The position numbers were made by a program, and so were the translations under genes. This document shows positions 1-12,914 of a stretch of DNA of 64,000 nucleotides, one piece after another. The stretch is from the NCBI RefSeq assembly GCF_009834535.1, contig NC_045696.1, positions 620,001 to 684,000 on the forward strand. Reading direction: 5' to 3'. How positions within the stretch are numbered: the stretch's first letter is position 1; every line of letters begins with the position of its first letter. Origin of the DNA: Camelus ferus. Lineage: Eukaryota. The notes below the pieces were generated by a model that did no database searches, had not been told where the DNA came from, and saw nothing but the letters and a program-made list of their open reading frames with translations.

Positions 1-1114
1 GTTTTTCTTGAATGAACTCTGAAGATTTTTGCAACCCTCTGATTAATCTCCAGAGCTTGGGAAGCGTAGTTTAGACAATTCTGGCGGTGATTCCATCGCT
101 TTTAAGGAGTGGATTCACAGAGACCCTCACTCCAGCACACCTGAGGCCCTGCCGTATACCTGCTTTTGTGTCTCGAGCCTGCGCTCTGCCAAAGTCACCT
201 GCAGGCCCGTGCAGCTGGCTTTTGGTAGGCTCCACAGGGCTCCTAGGTACACAGTCATGTCGGCTGTGAACAGGCAGTTCTACTTCTTTCCCGTCTGCAT
301 TTCTTTCACTTCCTTTCCCCACCTTTGTGCACCAGTTGAACCTCCAGTACAATGTCAAACAGCAGGACTCAGAGTGGACACCTTTACCGTGTTCCCAAAT
401 TTAGAGAGAAGGTTTTCTGTTTTTCATATTAAATGTAGTATTAGCTGTGGGGTATTGGGTTTTTGTGGATGGCATTCTTTTTTAGGTTGAGAAATTACCT
501 TCAATTCCTAGTTTTCTTAGAGTACTTTCATAAGCAAGTGTTGTATTTTGTCAAATAGATTTTCTGCATTTATTAAGGAGATCAGATGGGTTCATCACCC
601 TTATTCTGTTAATATGGTGAATTTACATTAGTTTAGATTGTTTGATTTTTTAAAAATCTTAAACCAAAGTTACATTTTGGGGATAAATCCACTTGGTCAT
701 AGCATAATGTCTTTTTCTAAAAGTAGTAGGTTCAATCTGTGAACATTTTGTTAAGCATTTTTGTGTCTATACTCATGAGGGGTGTGGGGCTGCATCTTTC
801 TTTTCTTTTCTTTTAATATTTTCGTCTGCTTTTGGTATCAGAGTAATGCTGGTCTCATGAAATGAGTTGTGAAATGTTCACTTTTCCTCTGTATTTTGAA
901 AGAATTTATACAGGATTGATGTTACTTCTTTTTAAAATATTTGATAGAATTCTCCAGTGAAGCCCGCTCAGATAATGAATTTAATTGCCTTAATAAATAT
1001 AGGACTATTTCTTCTTGAGTTAGTTTAGAAAAACTTGTGTCTGTCAAGAAATTTGTTTATTTCATATAAGTTGTCTAAATTTATTGGCACAAAGATGGTC
1101 ATCCTATTTCTTTT

Positions 1115-1302
1115 TATCTTTCCCCGTCTTTTTTTTTTGAAAATGAGGTGGAGAGAGAAGAATTTTATACATTATTGTTTAAGGACCAGGAATAAAACAA
1201 GGTTCAAATCTGCAAGCCCAGGGTCTTGCAAGTGTGATTCCTACTGTGTTGGCAGTTTGGGGAAGATCCTGCTTCTTTCTTCTCTCGTCAGCTAAATAGG
1301 TC
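1115..1302 (-). pseudogene. Short retroposed insert of unknown origin with A-rich tail and TSD
   Basis: T-run at 1129-1138; flanking 17-bp direct repeats gtcatcctatttctttt (1098-1114) and gtcatcgtatttctttt (1303-1319), 1 mismatch; interior does not resemble L1. Confidence 0.6.
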
Positions 1303-1327
1303 GTCATCGTATTTCTTTTAAAAAAGA

Positions 1328-1397
1328 AAGTTTATTTATTTTTAATGGAGGTGCCGGGGATTGAATCCAGGACCTTGCGCAGGTACCTCCTCCCCCA
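1328..1397 (-). mobile_element. Internally deleted tRNA-derived SINE (vic-1-like)
   Basis: 'tttatttatttttaatggaggtgccggggattgaatccaggacc' resembles the tail and B-box half of the SINE at 42233-42329. Confidence 0.7.
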
Positions 1398-4300
1398 TTG
1401 CTGTATCTCTTTATTGTCCATCAAATGTCTGTTGGATCTGTAGTGATGTCTTCTCTTTCATTCCTGATGTTAATAATTTGTGACTTCTTTTTAAAAATCA
1501 CCATACTTAAGAGTTTTATCAAATTTACTGATCTTTTCAAACAATCAGCTTTTTGTTTTGTTGATTTTATCTTTCACTTGCCTGTTTCTTCTTCAGGGCT
1601 GGTGTATTTGAGCCTGACCTCCTACATGGCCGGGTCTGTCTGTCTGTCTGAGATGATGAACAGGCCAGTCCGTCGGGGAGGTCAGTGCCTCCGGGTCGCC
1701 CATGATGACAGAGGTCGGGATGACAGGGCCAAGGCACACAAGTGGCCAGTCACACCTGTGCCCTGTGAGCCACCCGAGCTGTGGCTTCTCCGTCAAAGGG
1801 GCTCTTCCTAGCCCTCACGCCGGGCAAGTTGTCTTGCGTTAAGTGACTGCGGGGCTCCAGGGTCAGGACAGTGTTGTGTGTGTCTTGGCCCCCAGGCATC
1901 TTCCCAAGCTCACTGGGCGGGTGTCAGCACCACTGCGGGCATGTGCGTGCTGGTCGGCAGGATCGTGTGAAACTGGTCCAGCTGAACCCTGGAAGCACAT
2001 CTGGCGTCCCGCAAGGAAAGAAGAGGAGAAGAGCCAGGAACGCTTGTAGTGATACCCAGCGTCCATCCTGAGCAGCTCTGTTCTCACATTACTAGAAATG
2101 AGCACTCAAGCTCGGCAGTGACCCTGGGAGCACTCCCACAGGGTCCCCACTTTCCCGCCCACATGGTGGCTGGTTCCTGCCTGGGCCCGCCTCTGCTTTT
2201 GTTACTGTGTGGGTCAGCGCCTTCTCTGGTTGGCAGCCCTCTCCTCCCCACTCGTCCCGCAGGGCTGCACCTCCAGGATGGGGGGAGTGTGCAGGTGCAG
2301 ACTGCAGGGACCACAGGGGCAGCAGTGTCCATCACCTCCCAGGAGAAGTCCTGGGGAAAGGGCAGAGGAGACCGATGGTGACCACAGGGCAGGGTGTGGG
2401 CAGAGCTGGTCACACATTGCATGAGAGGGGAGGGGACACCACAGAGCTTGAGACAGGGCCCTGGGTCCTCTCCCAGAGCTGGACTCTGAGGCCTGGGGCC
2501 AAAGCTGACCTGGGATGGCTTAGGCCCAGGAATTGGACACTGAATCTCAAAGTCAGGCTGCTACTGCATAGATGCCCGCTGCCCTATATGGGGCGGTTAG
2601 GAAGCAGAAGGACCCCCCCAGCATCTTAAATAAAACGTTCCCCCAAAATTAGGAACTCCTCCTGGAAAGGACCTCAGGGGCCACCTGGGGGGGAGTCCCA
2701 TTTCACAGTCCCCGCGCCCAGCTCTGCCGCTGTGGGGCCAGGACTCAGGGCTCGTGCACCCCGCCCCACTCGCACTGCGGTTCCCTGCACCTGGGAAGGG
2801 TGGGAGCTGTGACAGCCAGTTTGGGGCCCCGCTGGGTCTCTTCTACTCACTGGTTGGTGCCCACTGTTGCCTCCTGGCCCCTCCTGTCTCCACGGGCTGA
2901 CTCTGGGAGGGGGACCCAGAGACACCAGCCAAAGAGAAGAGTCCCTTCCTTCGATGAAACCACTTTCTGGCAGGAAGAAAGTTTCACATTGTCTGACAAA
3001 TCAAGCCCTAAACAGAACCAGCTTGTCTGAGGGTTAGCGGCCTTGAGACGCAGGACACATGAGCTGCAGCGTGAATTCCTGCAGACGTACGTGGCGAGGG
3101 TGGGCTGGCTCTGTGGCTGGCGACGGGGACAGATTTGCGAGTTGGAAGGGACTTCAAGAAAGCCAGATCCCAGAGCTCAGGGGAATCACGGGGTGGGATT
3201 TTCTGGAACGCCACAAGAGCCCTACCAATTTCTCCTCAGATAAGGACTCTCACGGCCGGGGTGGCTCAAGCTGCAGTGGCCACCATGCCCCCTTGCATGG
3301 CGCAGGAGATGTCGGGCCGCACTGACCAGGACTTCGTCGTCACCACCCCGGGGCCACCTGCATGAGGATAAGGGAGTTCAGCAGCATGCTACTCCACACA
3401 CTTAGCCCTCCGCGTGTGTGCGCACGGTGGCAGGTGCGGGAGGGGTGCTGGCGGTCACTGCTCTCATCTGCTGGGGAGGCAGGTGCGGTCCAGGGCTCAC
3501 GAGAGGACAATGCTTCTACAGAGAGAGACCCTCCACCCCCACTTCCCGCCCGGGGACCTGACCATGAAGCAGCCTGGTCGCCTCCGCCACCTTTCCATGC
3601 TCGGGTCCGGCTGGTGAGGGTCTGAAGGGTCTGGCTGGGCTGGAGGCCCCCAGGGTCTGTGGCCCTGGCTGCCCGCCTGTCCTGGAGTGGCCTGTTCCTG
3701 TCATACGTGCCTGGCTCATGCTGAAGCCCCAGCCTGGTCGGCTCTTTCTGGAGCCCACCTTCCACCGGCTCCGAGAGCCCTCACAGTGGGCAGGGATCCC
3801 TGTCGCCTCTCAAAGGTCCCCAGAGTCCAGCCTCAGTGCCCACGCCCTCTGACCTCTGCCCGCACATGGCACTGACAGGGGCCAGGCTCATGGGGCCCCC
3901 ACTCTTCGCTGAACAACCCGAGGCCAGCCACTGGCCCTGCGTTGCCTCCGTCTCCCCACCCAGGAAGTGGGTGGACCTGTTGTGTGACACAGTCTGTGAG
4001 CCCAGCCGGTGCCCCGTCCATCAGCAGCAGGTCTCCGTCCCCCGTGAGGGGCTCCACCCAGAGAGCACGGGAACAGGCCAGAGGACATCGCCACCCAGTA
4101 CGCTGCCAGGGGAAACTCGGTCGACCTCATCACTCCGTCCTGGGTGCTGGGCTGGTTAGACCCATATGCCCTCGAGGTTGGGGGTCCCTGCTCTCCCAGC
4201 CCCCTTGGGTTGGGGCCACTGTCCACACCGGGTCCTGCTCAAGTGTCCTTGGGCGACTCTCCTTCCAGATGTGGTCCCGGCTACTGACCTTTGACGGTGG

Positions 4301-5067
4301 CTGTGTCCACGGCTGCCCCGGACGTCAGGGCCTCTCACCGCACGGGCGCCTGCTGCCTGGGGCTGGAAGGTGTGCGGGGCTCCAAGCCAGCTGCTGTTGG
4401 CCCAGGCACCATGGGCGAAGGACGTGCCAGGATTCTGGATGCCAGAGACGGGGTGACTGGCCAGCCCCCCAGGCCCCCAGCCCCCCCCCACAGCAGAGAT
4501 GCTGCGGCAGGGATCCCCTCCCCCTCCCCACCACCAGCCCACCTCTCAGGCCCTAGGGTTGGGGACCAGGGGTCTCCTGTGCGGCCTGGGGGAAGTGTCA
4601 CATGTCTCGGGAGAGACACGGCCACTGCCTTTCCCTGGGGCCAGCTGACCTGGCCTCTGTGGTTCCTGTAACAACACTTTCCAGAACCTGGACAGCTAAG
4701 CCATATTCGTCACTCAGAGAAAATGTTCTGAAGGTGGCTGGGTCCGGGAGAATGTGTCACAGCAAATTTATCAGGAAGGAATTTGGGCCGTTTGTGAGTA
4801 ACGGTGGGAACAAACGCCACATTCGCTGCAGCACAGGCTCCCTGTGTCCGGTACCGGGGGGACTAAATCATGTGGCTGATGCCTTTGGGTCTCCTCCTCC
4901 CTCCGGTCACTTTAAGCCCCAGGAGGTCTTTGGGGGCTATGTGGTGTCTGCATTGGCTCCTGCCACCTCTGGTCTTGCTGCCCCAGGAAACCTGCCCTTC
5001 CTGGCACCCCACTGAGTCCAGCTCTGTCCAGCAGAGCAGAACCCTGAGCCAGGCCTGAGCGCCACAT

Positions 5068-5420
5068 CATGTCTGCAGATGTGATTAAGGTTGCCAGTCA
5101 GTTGACCTTAGGATGGGAGACCATCCAGGTGGCCTGACCTGACACCCGGCCCTTACAGAGCTGAGTTTTCTCTGGATGGAGCAGAAGAGGGGAGGTTCTC
5201 AGCTGTGGAAATGGGGGGGGGGGGGCACGTGGAAGGAACTGAGAGCAGCCCCAGCCAACAGCGGCCAGAACAACTTGTCCTGCAGCTTCAGGGAACTGAA
5301 TTCAGCCACCAACCAAATGAGCCTGGAAGAGGGTCCTCGAGCCTCTGGCTTGCAGCCCAGCCCAGCCGCCCTTGATGTCAGCATGGGAGCAGCAGCAGAG
5401 GCTCCTGGATGTTTCTCTCT
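5068..5420 (+). mobile_element. MaLR LTR fragment (MLT1D/E-like)
   Basis: 'gcagatgtgattaaggttgccagtcagttgacctta' and 'ggaactgaattcagccaccaacc..atgagcctggaagagg' match recalled MLT1 motifs. Confidence 0.7.
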
Positions 5421-5619
5421 CAGACTGCGGGCTAAGCTGCAGTTTGTAAATGAATCCTCTCCCTGGGGTCCCCTTCTGCCAAGTGTTTGCAAGGCTGGCA
5501 GTCTCTCTGCATCTGCACGTTTAGCTGCTGTTTTCTGACCCCCCTGGACTCAAAGGCCAGCACCCACCAGGCACCCACGGAATTGCTCCTAGCTCCCAGT
5601 GAGAAGCTCACGGTCCAAG

Positions 5620-6366
5620 GAAGACACACAGGTGGCCAGCAGGTCCATGGAGAGGTGCTCAGCATCCCTAGCCATCTGGGAAACGCCAAAACCTCAGGAA
5701 GAAATCACCTCACACCCGTTAGGATGTCTAGTATCAAAGACAGGAAACAGCCAGTGCTGGCGGGAACGCGGCAAAGGGCCCTGTGTCCGCTGCTGTGAGG
5801 ATGCGAATTGCAGCCACGGCGGAAAACAATACGGAGGTTCCTTAAAAAACTGAAAATAAAACCACCATATAATCCAGCAATCCCACTTCTGGGTACTTAT
5901 CAAGGGAAATGGAAACAGTAACTCAGCAAGATTCACCTGCAGCCCCACACTCACGGCACTGCTATTTACAGCTGCCAAGACATGGGAGCAACTGAAGTGC
6001 CCATTGATGGGTGACAGATAAAGAAATGCTGTATATGTGCACAGAGGAATATTATTCAGCCATAAAAAAGAATGCAATCTTGCCATCTGGGAGAACATGG
6101 ATGGACCTGAGGATATTATGCTGAGATAAGTCAGAGGAGAAAGACAAATACCACATGACCTCACTGATATGTGGAATCCAAAAAACCCAAACCCAAACCC
6201 AAACTAAATAAAAATCCTGAGCGCGTGAATACAGAGAGGAGATTGGTGGTTGCTTCAGGTGGGTGGTGGGAGGTGGGCAAAATGGGTGAAGGGAGTCAAA
6301 ACGTATTACATCATGTGCCTGAAACTAATATAAAGTTATATCAATTCTATGTCAACTTAAAAAAAA
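5620..6366 (+). mobile_element. LINE-1 3' end (L1MA/MB-like) with A tail
   Basis: 'ggaggttccttaaaaaactgaaaataaaaccaccatataatccagcaatcccacttctggg' and 'atattattcagccataaaaaagaatg'; ends in an A-run at ~6366. Confidence 0.9.
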
Positions 6367-6743
6367 GCTCATGGCCACTCCCCAGTCACCTGGTAGTGGG
6401 TTCTCGAGCCAGGAAGCCGGAGGCCACGTGGGTGTGGCCAGGGAAGTTCATCCTGACCATCCTCCAGGGAACAGGAGCAGGTGACCCAGGACGGGGCACA
6501 GCAGGCACTCAGGAGATGGTGTGAGTCTGGGAGCAGGTGGCACCTGTCCTGTGTCGGGGGTGCATTCCCTGGTGCTCCCCACAGTGCACACCCGACACAC
6601 CCCGTGGTGCACACACAACCCACAGGTCTCCCCTGACACACTCCATGGTGCTCACACGCTGGAGAGGGGCCCGCGACAGGGCCTTGGGAGTCCTGAGTGG
6701 TCACTTCATTGACCCAGGGCCCTGCAGATGTGAGGAGCCGGTA

Positions 6744-7337
6744 GTGTGTGCTGTGTGCAAGTATACATGCGTGCATGCATGTATGCATACTATATATGTG
6801 CGTGCACACATGTGTGCATGTGTCTGCACACACAGGCATGTGTTTGTAGCTACACATGTGTGCACACGCGTGCATGTTTGTGTTATGTGCATGTGTGTCT
6901 TTATGCATGCATGTATATGTGTACGTGAAAGTCTGTGTGTGTACATATACATACACCTGTGTGCATGCACGTGCATGTGTATGTTTATATGCGTGTGCAT
7001 GCATGTAAGTGAAAATGCCTGTGCGTCTTGTGCATGCATCTAAGTGCACATACAGGTGTTTGTGTGCATGTATGTAAGAGACGTGTGTGTGTGGGGGAAC
7101 GTGTGTGCGTGTCGGGGGGACATGTGTGTGCGTGTGGGAGGGACATGTGTGTGTGTGAGGGGGACGTGTGTGCATGTGTGTGGGGGACGTGTGTGCATGT
7201 GTGTAAGGGACGTGTGTGCATGTGGGGGGGGCGTGTGGGAGGGACATGTGTGTGTGTGTGAGGGACATGTGTGTGTGAGGGATGTGTGTGTGCGCGTGTG
7301 TAAGGGATGTGTGTAAGGGACGTGTGTGTGCGTGTGT
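6744..7337. repeat. Degenerate (TG/CA/TA) alternating purine-pyrimidine tract grading into GGGA-punctuated (GT)n units
   Basis: Visible directly; produces the His/Thr- and Val/Cys-rich ORFs on both strands. Confidence 0.95.
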
Positions 7338-8488
7338 GGAGTCTGGCCAGCTGCTCTCGGAGGGATGCAGAGTTGCGCCTCCCTCCCGGAGGCAGGGCAG
7401 ATGTGCGTGGGAGACGCAGAGCCTTCTAGAACAGCCCTGCTGGGCGAGACCAGCTGTGTGGCCGACACACGTCAGCCAGAGCAGGCGGGGCCTCACCGGA
7501 AGCGAGCCCCGCGAAGAGGCCCATGTGAGCTGGGGGGTGGGTGGCGCCGCTCCCTGTGAGTCACACGCTCGTCTGTTTCCAATTACGGGCCTGGCGCAGC
7601 TCTGGGCAGCCGCCCGGGCCCCTCGGGCCCGCGGGGGCCTGCGTCCTCATCCGCCCCGGCCACTGCGAGGGCCAGGGTCAGGCAGTGCGGCGCCCCGCCC
7701 CGGGTCCCCTCCACAGCAGCTGCTTCAGCACGTCGGACCCCACATCGGGGACACTTGGCCTGAATCCTTGTTGATGAGTTGGCGGGGGTCCCTCCCGAGC
7801 ACAGGGCTGTGGCTCCGAGGGCTGCTTCTCAGGGACCACGGCCGCCAATCTCCACCATCGAGAATCCTCTGACCCTCTGCAGAGACTCCCGGAAGGCCCC
7901 TGGGGGCAGAGGGGTGGCGGGGGCTGGAGCCCAGCCCCCAGGCCCCAGAGGCCACCTGGCTTTCTCCGTGGGGCCTCTCAGGGACCGCAGGCACCTCTCT
8001 GGCTCTGACCCCGAGCCAGGTGCGGGAATCCGGGAGGCTGTGGGCGTGTGGCCCTTCTGTGGCGCCTGTACTCCAGCTCAGCCGTGTGGAAGTGGGTGGC
8101 TCTCGTCACTCCCCTGCCAAGGTCACCTTCCCCAGGCTCCGCCCGACAGCAGGATCTTTCCGGAATCTTCTACTCTGCCTGAGGTCCTTCTAGCCCCCTC
8201 AGGGACTGAGGTTTCAAAACCCGAAAGTCAAAACAGGTCCTTTCCCCTCCTTTCTGTGTTGGCTGGAGTCTAGGGGGCTGGCAGTGCATCCACCAGGGAG
8301 CCAGCCTCACAGAGGAACCACTGGAACCAGACCCCGGCAGCCTGTGGCTGTGTAGGGCGGGGGTGGCGGCTGCCAGGCTGAGTCCTCAAGGAAGGCATAG
8401 GGTGCAGGTTGTGGGACTGGGAGGGTCCGGAAGGATGCCGAGGGCCTGGGCCCGTTACCGGCTCTGCACCTCCAGGCTGTGGGACCAC

Positions 8489-9023
8489 TGGTCAGGGTTC
8501 CCAGAGAAACAGGGCCGTAGGGTGCATAGCTCTGTAAACATGAACATCTGCAGGTCCACGGACGCACCTGTGTACAGCCTGTGGGTCTCCAGGATCCTCT
8601 ACAGAAGTGTACCTCATATAGATTTGTCTATCTACAGAGATACGTAAGAGGAGGGTTACTGTAGGAATCAGCCCACGTGGTTATGGAGGCCAAGAAGACC
8701 CCAGGCTGCCCTCTGCAAGCTGGGACCCAGAGAAGCTGGTGGTGTAATTCAGCCCCAGCCCAGGGGCCTGAGAGCCAGGAGCACCGGTGTCCAAGGGCAG
8801 GAGAAGGTGCACGTCTCGGTTCTGGCAGCGAGGGCAAATTCCTTCTTCTTCCTCTCCGCTCTGTCGGGCTCTGCTCGGATAATGTCCTTCTGCGTTGGTG
8901 ACGGTGATCTTAGTCTACTGCTTCAAGTGCTAATCTGCTCCGGGGACACTCTCACCGACACACCCACAAAGAATGTTTTATCTGCTTCCTGGGCACCCCT
9001 CAGCCTCGTTAGAGTTAAACCAC
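8489..9023 (-). mobile_element. ERVL solo LTR (MLT2 family)
   Basis: Begins 'gtcagggttcccagagaaacag' and ends 'gacacacccacaaagaatgttttatctgcttcctgggcacccctcagcc..ttaaaccaca', the reverse complements of recalled MLT2 termini. Confidence 0.85.
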
Positions 9024-9164
9024 ACAGCGAGTCACCTCATGCCTGGACCCCGGAACCCTCACGTGTGCAGATGTCCCTGTAGCAGTGCTGGCTGCATCAG
9101 CAGGGGTGCTCCACGGGGCAGGGACACTCCCGGGACCAGGAAACACCCCGCGGCTTATAGATGA

Positions 9165-9392
9165 CTGCCTGTCTCCTCTCTGCCTTTGCATGGTCTTCTG
9201 TCTGAGCGCCTGCACCCTAATTTCCCTCCTTACAAGGCGGCCTGTCGTATCGGATTAGGGCTCACCCTGACAACCTCATTTTAACCTAATTATCTCTTGA
9301 AAACCATATCCCCCCAAAGGTCGCATTCTGAGGGGCTGGAGGTTGGGGCTTCCACGCACAAAGTCTGCAGGGGCGCAATCCAGCCCATGCCT
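9165..9392 (-). mobile_element. MaLR LTR fragment (MLT1B/C-like)
   Basis: 'ggattagggctcaccctgacaacctcattttaacctaattatctc..ggtcgcattctgaggggctggaggttggggcttcc' is antisense to the MLT1 5' half. Confidence 0.8.
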
Positions 9393-10049
9393 GTAAGCAG
9401 GAGGTGCGCGCCCACCGCCCACCATCTGGTCCGCATTGCCAGTGAGCCCTGCGAAATGGGAAGATGACTGTCGGATTTGGGATTATGCAAAATGAGTGAA
9501 CACGTTAACGCTGAGGGGACAGTCTGCCTGGAGGCTTTCTGGTTTTACTCGGACAGCGAGATGCGGACAGGAAATTAACATGTGTCCTGGGGGGCAAATC
9601 GGACCCTCCTACCTGAGATTCTGTCCATACCTCTGCGGGAAAAGGGATGGCATTTTCATGATGGAAGGCTTACCTTGGAAGTCTTTCATGAATGCTGGCC
9701 ACGTACCGGGCACTCTACAGATGCCTGGTCACCAGTGTGCGCCTGTCAGACACACCCCTCCAGAGGCCCTCCGGCTCTGCCTTGAGACGGTCCACGAGCC
9801 CTCAGCACGAAGCAACATGCTGCTGCCCTCCAATGTAGGTGACCCACTGGGGGCAGTTTTCAAGGGTTCTCTGGGCCCCGAGACCTGGTGGAGGGTTTCA
9901 TTCACTCTAAGAGCCATGCAAGGACTAATCTCCAATCCAAAATCACCAGCTTGGCACGTTTAGTGCACAGTTTTGAAAAAGGAACCTTATTCTAGATACC
10001 TGACTCAGAGTCAGTATCTTTACCCACTGTTTCAAACAAACAGGAAAGG

Positions 10050-10550
10050 TAGAGTTCTTTAACTCCAGGAGCTCCCTCCCATCTTATGTTACTTTTGTCC
10101 AGCACTTTGGTTTTTCACTTTCTAACTGCAAAAATCCCGCATTATAAACGTTGTCTGTGCAGACGCTCCCACAGCTTTGCTCACAATTCCTTCTTGTATC
10201 TCAGACTTTCTGTTTGTATCATTTTCTGCTTCCTGGAGCACATCCTTTAACACTTCCCTTGGGAAGACTGTGTTGGTAGTAAATGCTATTGATTTTTGTT
10301 AGTCTAGAAAGCTGTGCTCAGTCCTCATTCTCAGCAGAGACGGCCCTTGGTTGGGAGTTCCAGGTCAGCAGGCCTTTCCACTCAGGACGGGGAAGGCTTT
10401 AGTCCCCTGAACTTGGATTCTGTGGTTGCCTTTGAGAAGTTGGCTGTCAGGCTAAACACCATTCCTTTGTAAGTGATCTGTCCTCTCGCGCGCGTTTCTT
10501 GGACGATCATTGTATTTGGTGTTCCGTGCTTTGACTGAGGTATCTAGGTG
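10050..10550 (-). mobile_element. Very old L1 (L1ME/L1M5-like) fragment
   Basis: 'tgttggtagtaaatgctattgatttttgttagtctag' and 'tttgagaagttggctgtcaggcta..attcctttgtaagtgatctgtc' are antisense L1 motifs. Confidence 0.55.
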
Positions 10551-12689
10551 TGGAGTGCTACCAACTGGGGGCCGTGCTTGGAATTTTAATTTAAATTACT
10601 TGTTTGAAAATTTCCATTGATAATAAAAGATTCACCAAGTTTCTTGATATATCCTCACTGGATATCATATTTTATTTTGGGTTTTGAAGAGTATTTTCTA
10701 GCCAATCAGCCATGCATTACAATTGCATGGCTTACAATGTACACCAGGCTTACAATTTTTTTTTTGACCCAGGTTTTTCAGTTGTGTTCAGTGTTATTCA
10801 GGGAACTGAATTTTTCATACTAGCAGAAGAAAAGTCTATGACTTAAAAAAATAAAATTTATTGAGGTATAACTTACATTCTCTAAATTGCACCAATTTTA
10901 AGTGTACGGTTTGATGAGTTTTGACAAATGTACACATCTTTGTAACCAGCATCCCAATCAAGCTTTAGAACATTCCCATTGCCCCAGCTGTGCCCTTCTG
11001 TGTTGAATTCCCTTCCCACCCTCAGACAAATGCTAATTAATTTCCTGTCACTATAGTTGGAGTGACCTTTTCTTGAGTATCATATGGTCTATTTTAGTGA
11101 TCTTTCTTCACTCAGCATAAACCTTCTGAGCTTCATCCATGCTGTTGTGTCAATCAGTGGTTGGTTTCTTTCTGTTGCTGCAAATACCCATTGTATGGAT
11201 GGACCACAATTAGTTTATCTAGTCTCCTGCTGGTGGACACTTGGTTTCATGTTTTTGGCTATTGCAAATAAAACTGCTCTAAGCAATATATAAATATTTG
11301 TGTCAGCATATTTTCATTGTTCTTGGGTAAAGATCTCAGAGTGCAATTGTCAGGCCATGGATGAGCATATGTTTTGCTTGGTAAGAAACTACAAGTCTCC
11401 CCAAATAGTTGTACCTCTTTGTATCCCTTCTAGTCATTCTGCGTCTTTGCCAACATGTAACATTGTCAGTCTTTCAAATTTTAGGATGTGAGTGTGTGGT
11501 GGTATCTTACTGAGGTGGTATCTTACTGCGTTTCCTAAATGACAGATGGTGCTGAGCATCTTTTAAGGGACTTACTGATCGTTTGTACATGTTCTTTGGA
11601 AAAGTGTCTGTTCAAACACTTACTCATGTTGTATTGGCATATTTGTCTTCCTGTTACTGAGTTGTAAAAGTATTTTATGTATCTGGGACACACGTCCTTC
11701 GTCAGACACGTGCCTGGCAGATACTTCCAGGCTTCGCCTTGTTTTTTTTTTCTTTCTTTTTTCTCTAATGGTGCCTTTGGAAGAGCAAAATATTTTTATT
11801 TTGATATAGTCCAATGTAACAATTGTCATATTTTATCGTTCATCTTTTGTGTCTTATTTGAGAAACTGTTGCCTCGCACAAGGTTGCCAAATACTTTTTC
11901 CTACCTTTTCTTCAAGAAGGTTTGTAGTTTTACCTTTGCATTTAGGTTAAGGGTGCATTCTGAGTTACTTTTTGTGTCTGGTGTGAGAGGTGTGGGTCAA
12001 GACATCTCTCACTTCCATGGTGCTGAAAGCTGCTCCACTACCGTTTGTTGAAGGCTTATTCTTCCCCTATCGAATTAGCTCGACATTTTGGTCAAAAACC
12101 ATTTGATCGTGTATGAGTGGGTCTATTCTTAGACTCTATATTTTACTTTTTCATGGATAAACAGTATCTCAACACTACTCTCTCCCAGTTGTTGCAACTT
12201 TTCAGTGAATTTTTAAATCAGATCGGGTAGTCTTCCAACTTTGTTATTTTTTAAGATTGTTTTTGCCCTTCAAGGTCCTTTGCACTTCTATGTACATTTT
12301 TTGAACCAGATTGTTGATTTCTTCAAAAAACATGCTGGGATTCTGATTTAAATTGCTTTGGATTTGTAGGTCATTTTGGAGTTTCATTTTTAACACAATT
12401 ATATTTTTAAATTCATGAACATGGTATAGCTCTGCATTTATTTAGGTCTTCAGTTTCTCTCAGCAGTGTTCTGCAGTTTAAGGAGTACAAACTAACTCTG
12501 TTAAATTCTGCAGCATTTTTCTCTTTTGCTTTTCGTTGTTGTTGATGCGATCATAAAGTACATTTAAAAATTACAACTTCCGATTGTTCTTTGCCAGAAT
12601 GTAGAAATACAATTAATTTTGGGAAGGCGTTTATTGATCTTGTATTCTGTGACTTTGTTAAGTTCATCTGTCAATTCTAGTAGCTTTTT

Positions 12690-12914
12690 TTAAAAATTGA
12701 AGTACAGTCAATTGCAATGTGTCAATTTCTGGTGTACAGCACAGTGTCCCAGTCACGCATATACATGCATATATTTGTTTTTATATTTGTTTCATTAAAG
12801 GTTATTAACAAGATATTGAACTAGTTCCCTGTGCTATACAGAAGAAAGAATTTTTTTTAAAAATCCATTTTTATATATAGTGGCTAACATATAACAGTGG
12901 CAAACTCCTGAATT
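12690..12914 (-). mobile_element. Young 5'-truncated L1 3'-UTR insertion with TSD
   Basis: TSD aattctagtagcttttt (12673-12689) / aattctagtggcttttt (12915-12931); same family as 56000-56170. Confidence 0.85.

Larger units (their letters stand above)
240..1575 (-). mobile_element. Old LINE-1 (L1M-type) ORF2-region fragment, interrupted by two later insertions
   Basis: T-rich plus strand with typical antisense L1 ORF2 text (e.g. 'gcttttggtatcagagtaatgctggtctcatgaaatgagttg', 'ttgatagaattctccagtgaagcc'); no intact ORF. Confidence 0.85.

Noticed and set aside
1288..1320. Minus-strand peptide-like KKYDDDLFS-stop suggesting a retrogene C-terminus
   Set aside because: Most of these codons lie in the TSD/target sequence, so it is probably coincidental
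2800..3365. Protein-looking short ORFs (e.g. LQREFLQTYVARV)
   Set aside because: No recognisable homology and no consistent splice-site framing
6369..7496. 375-aa His/Thr-rich ORF and overlapping Cys/Val-rich ORFs
   Set aside because: Translation of a (CA/TG)n-type repeat that lacks stop codons
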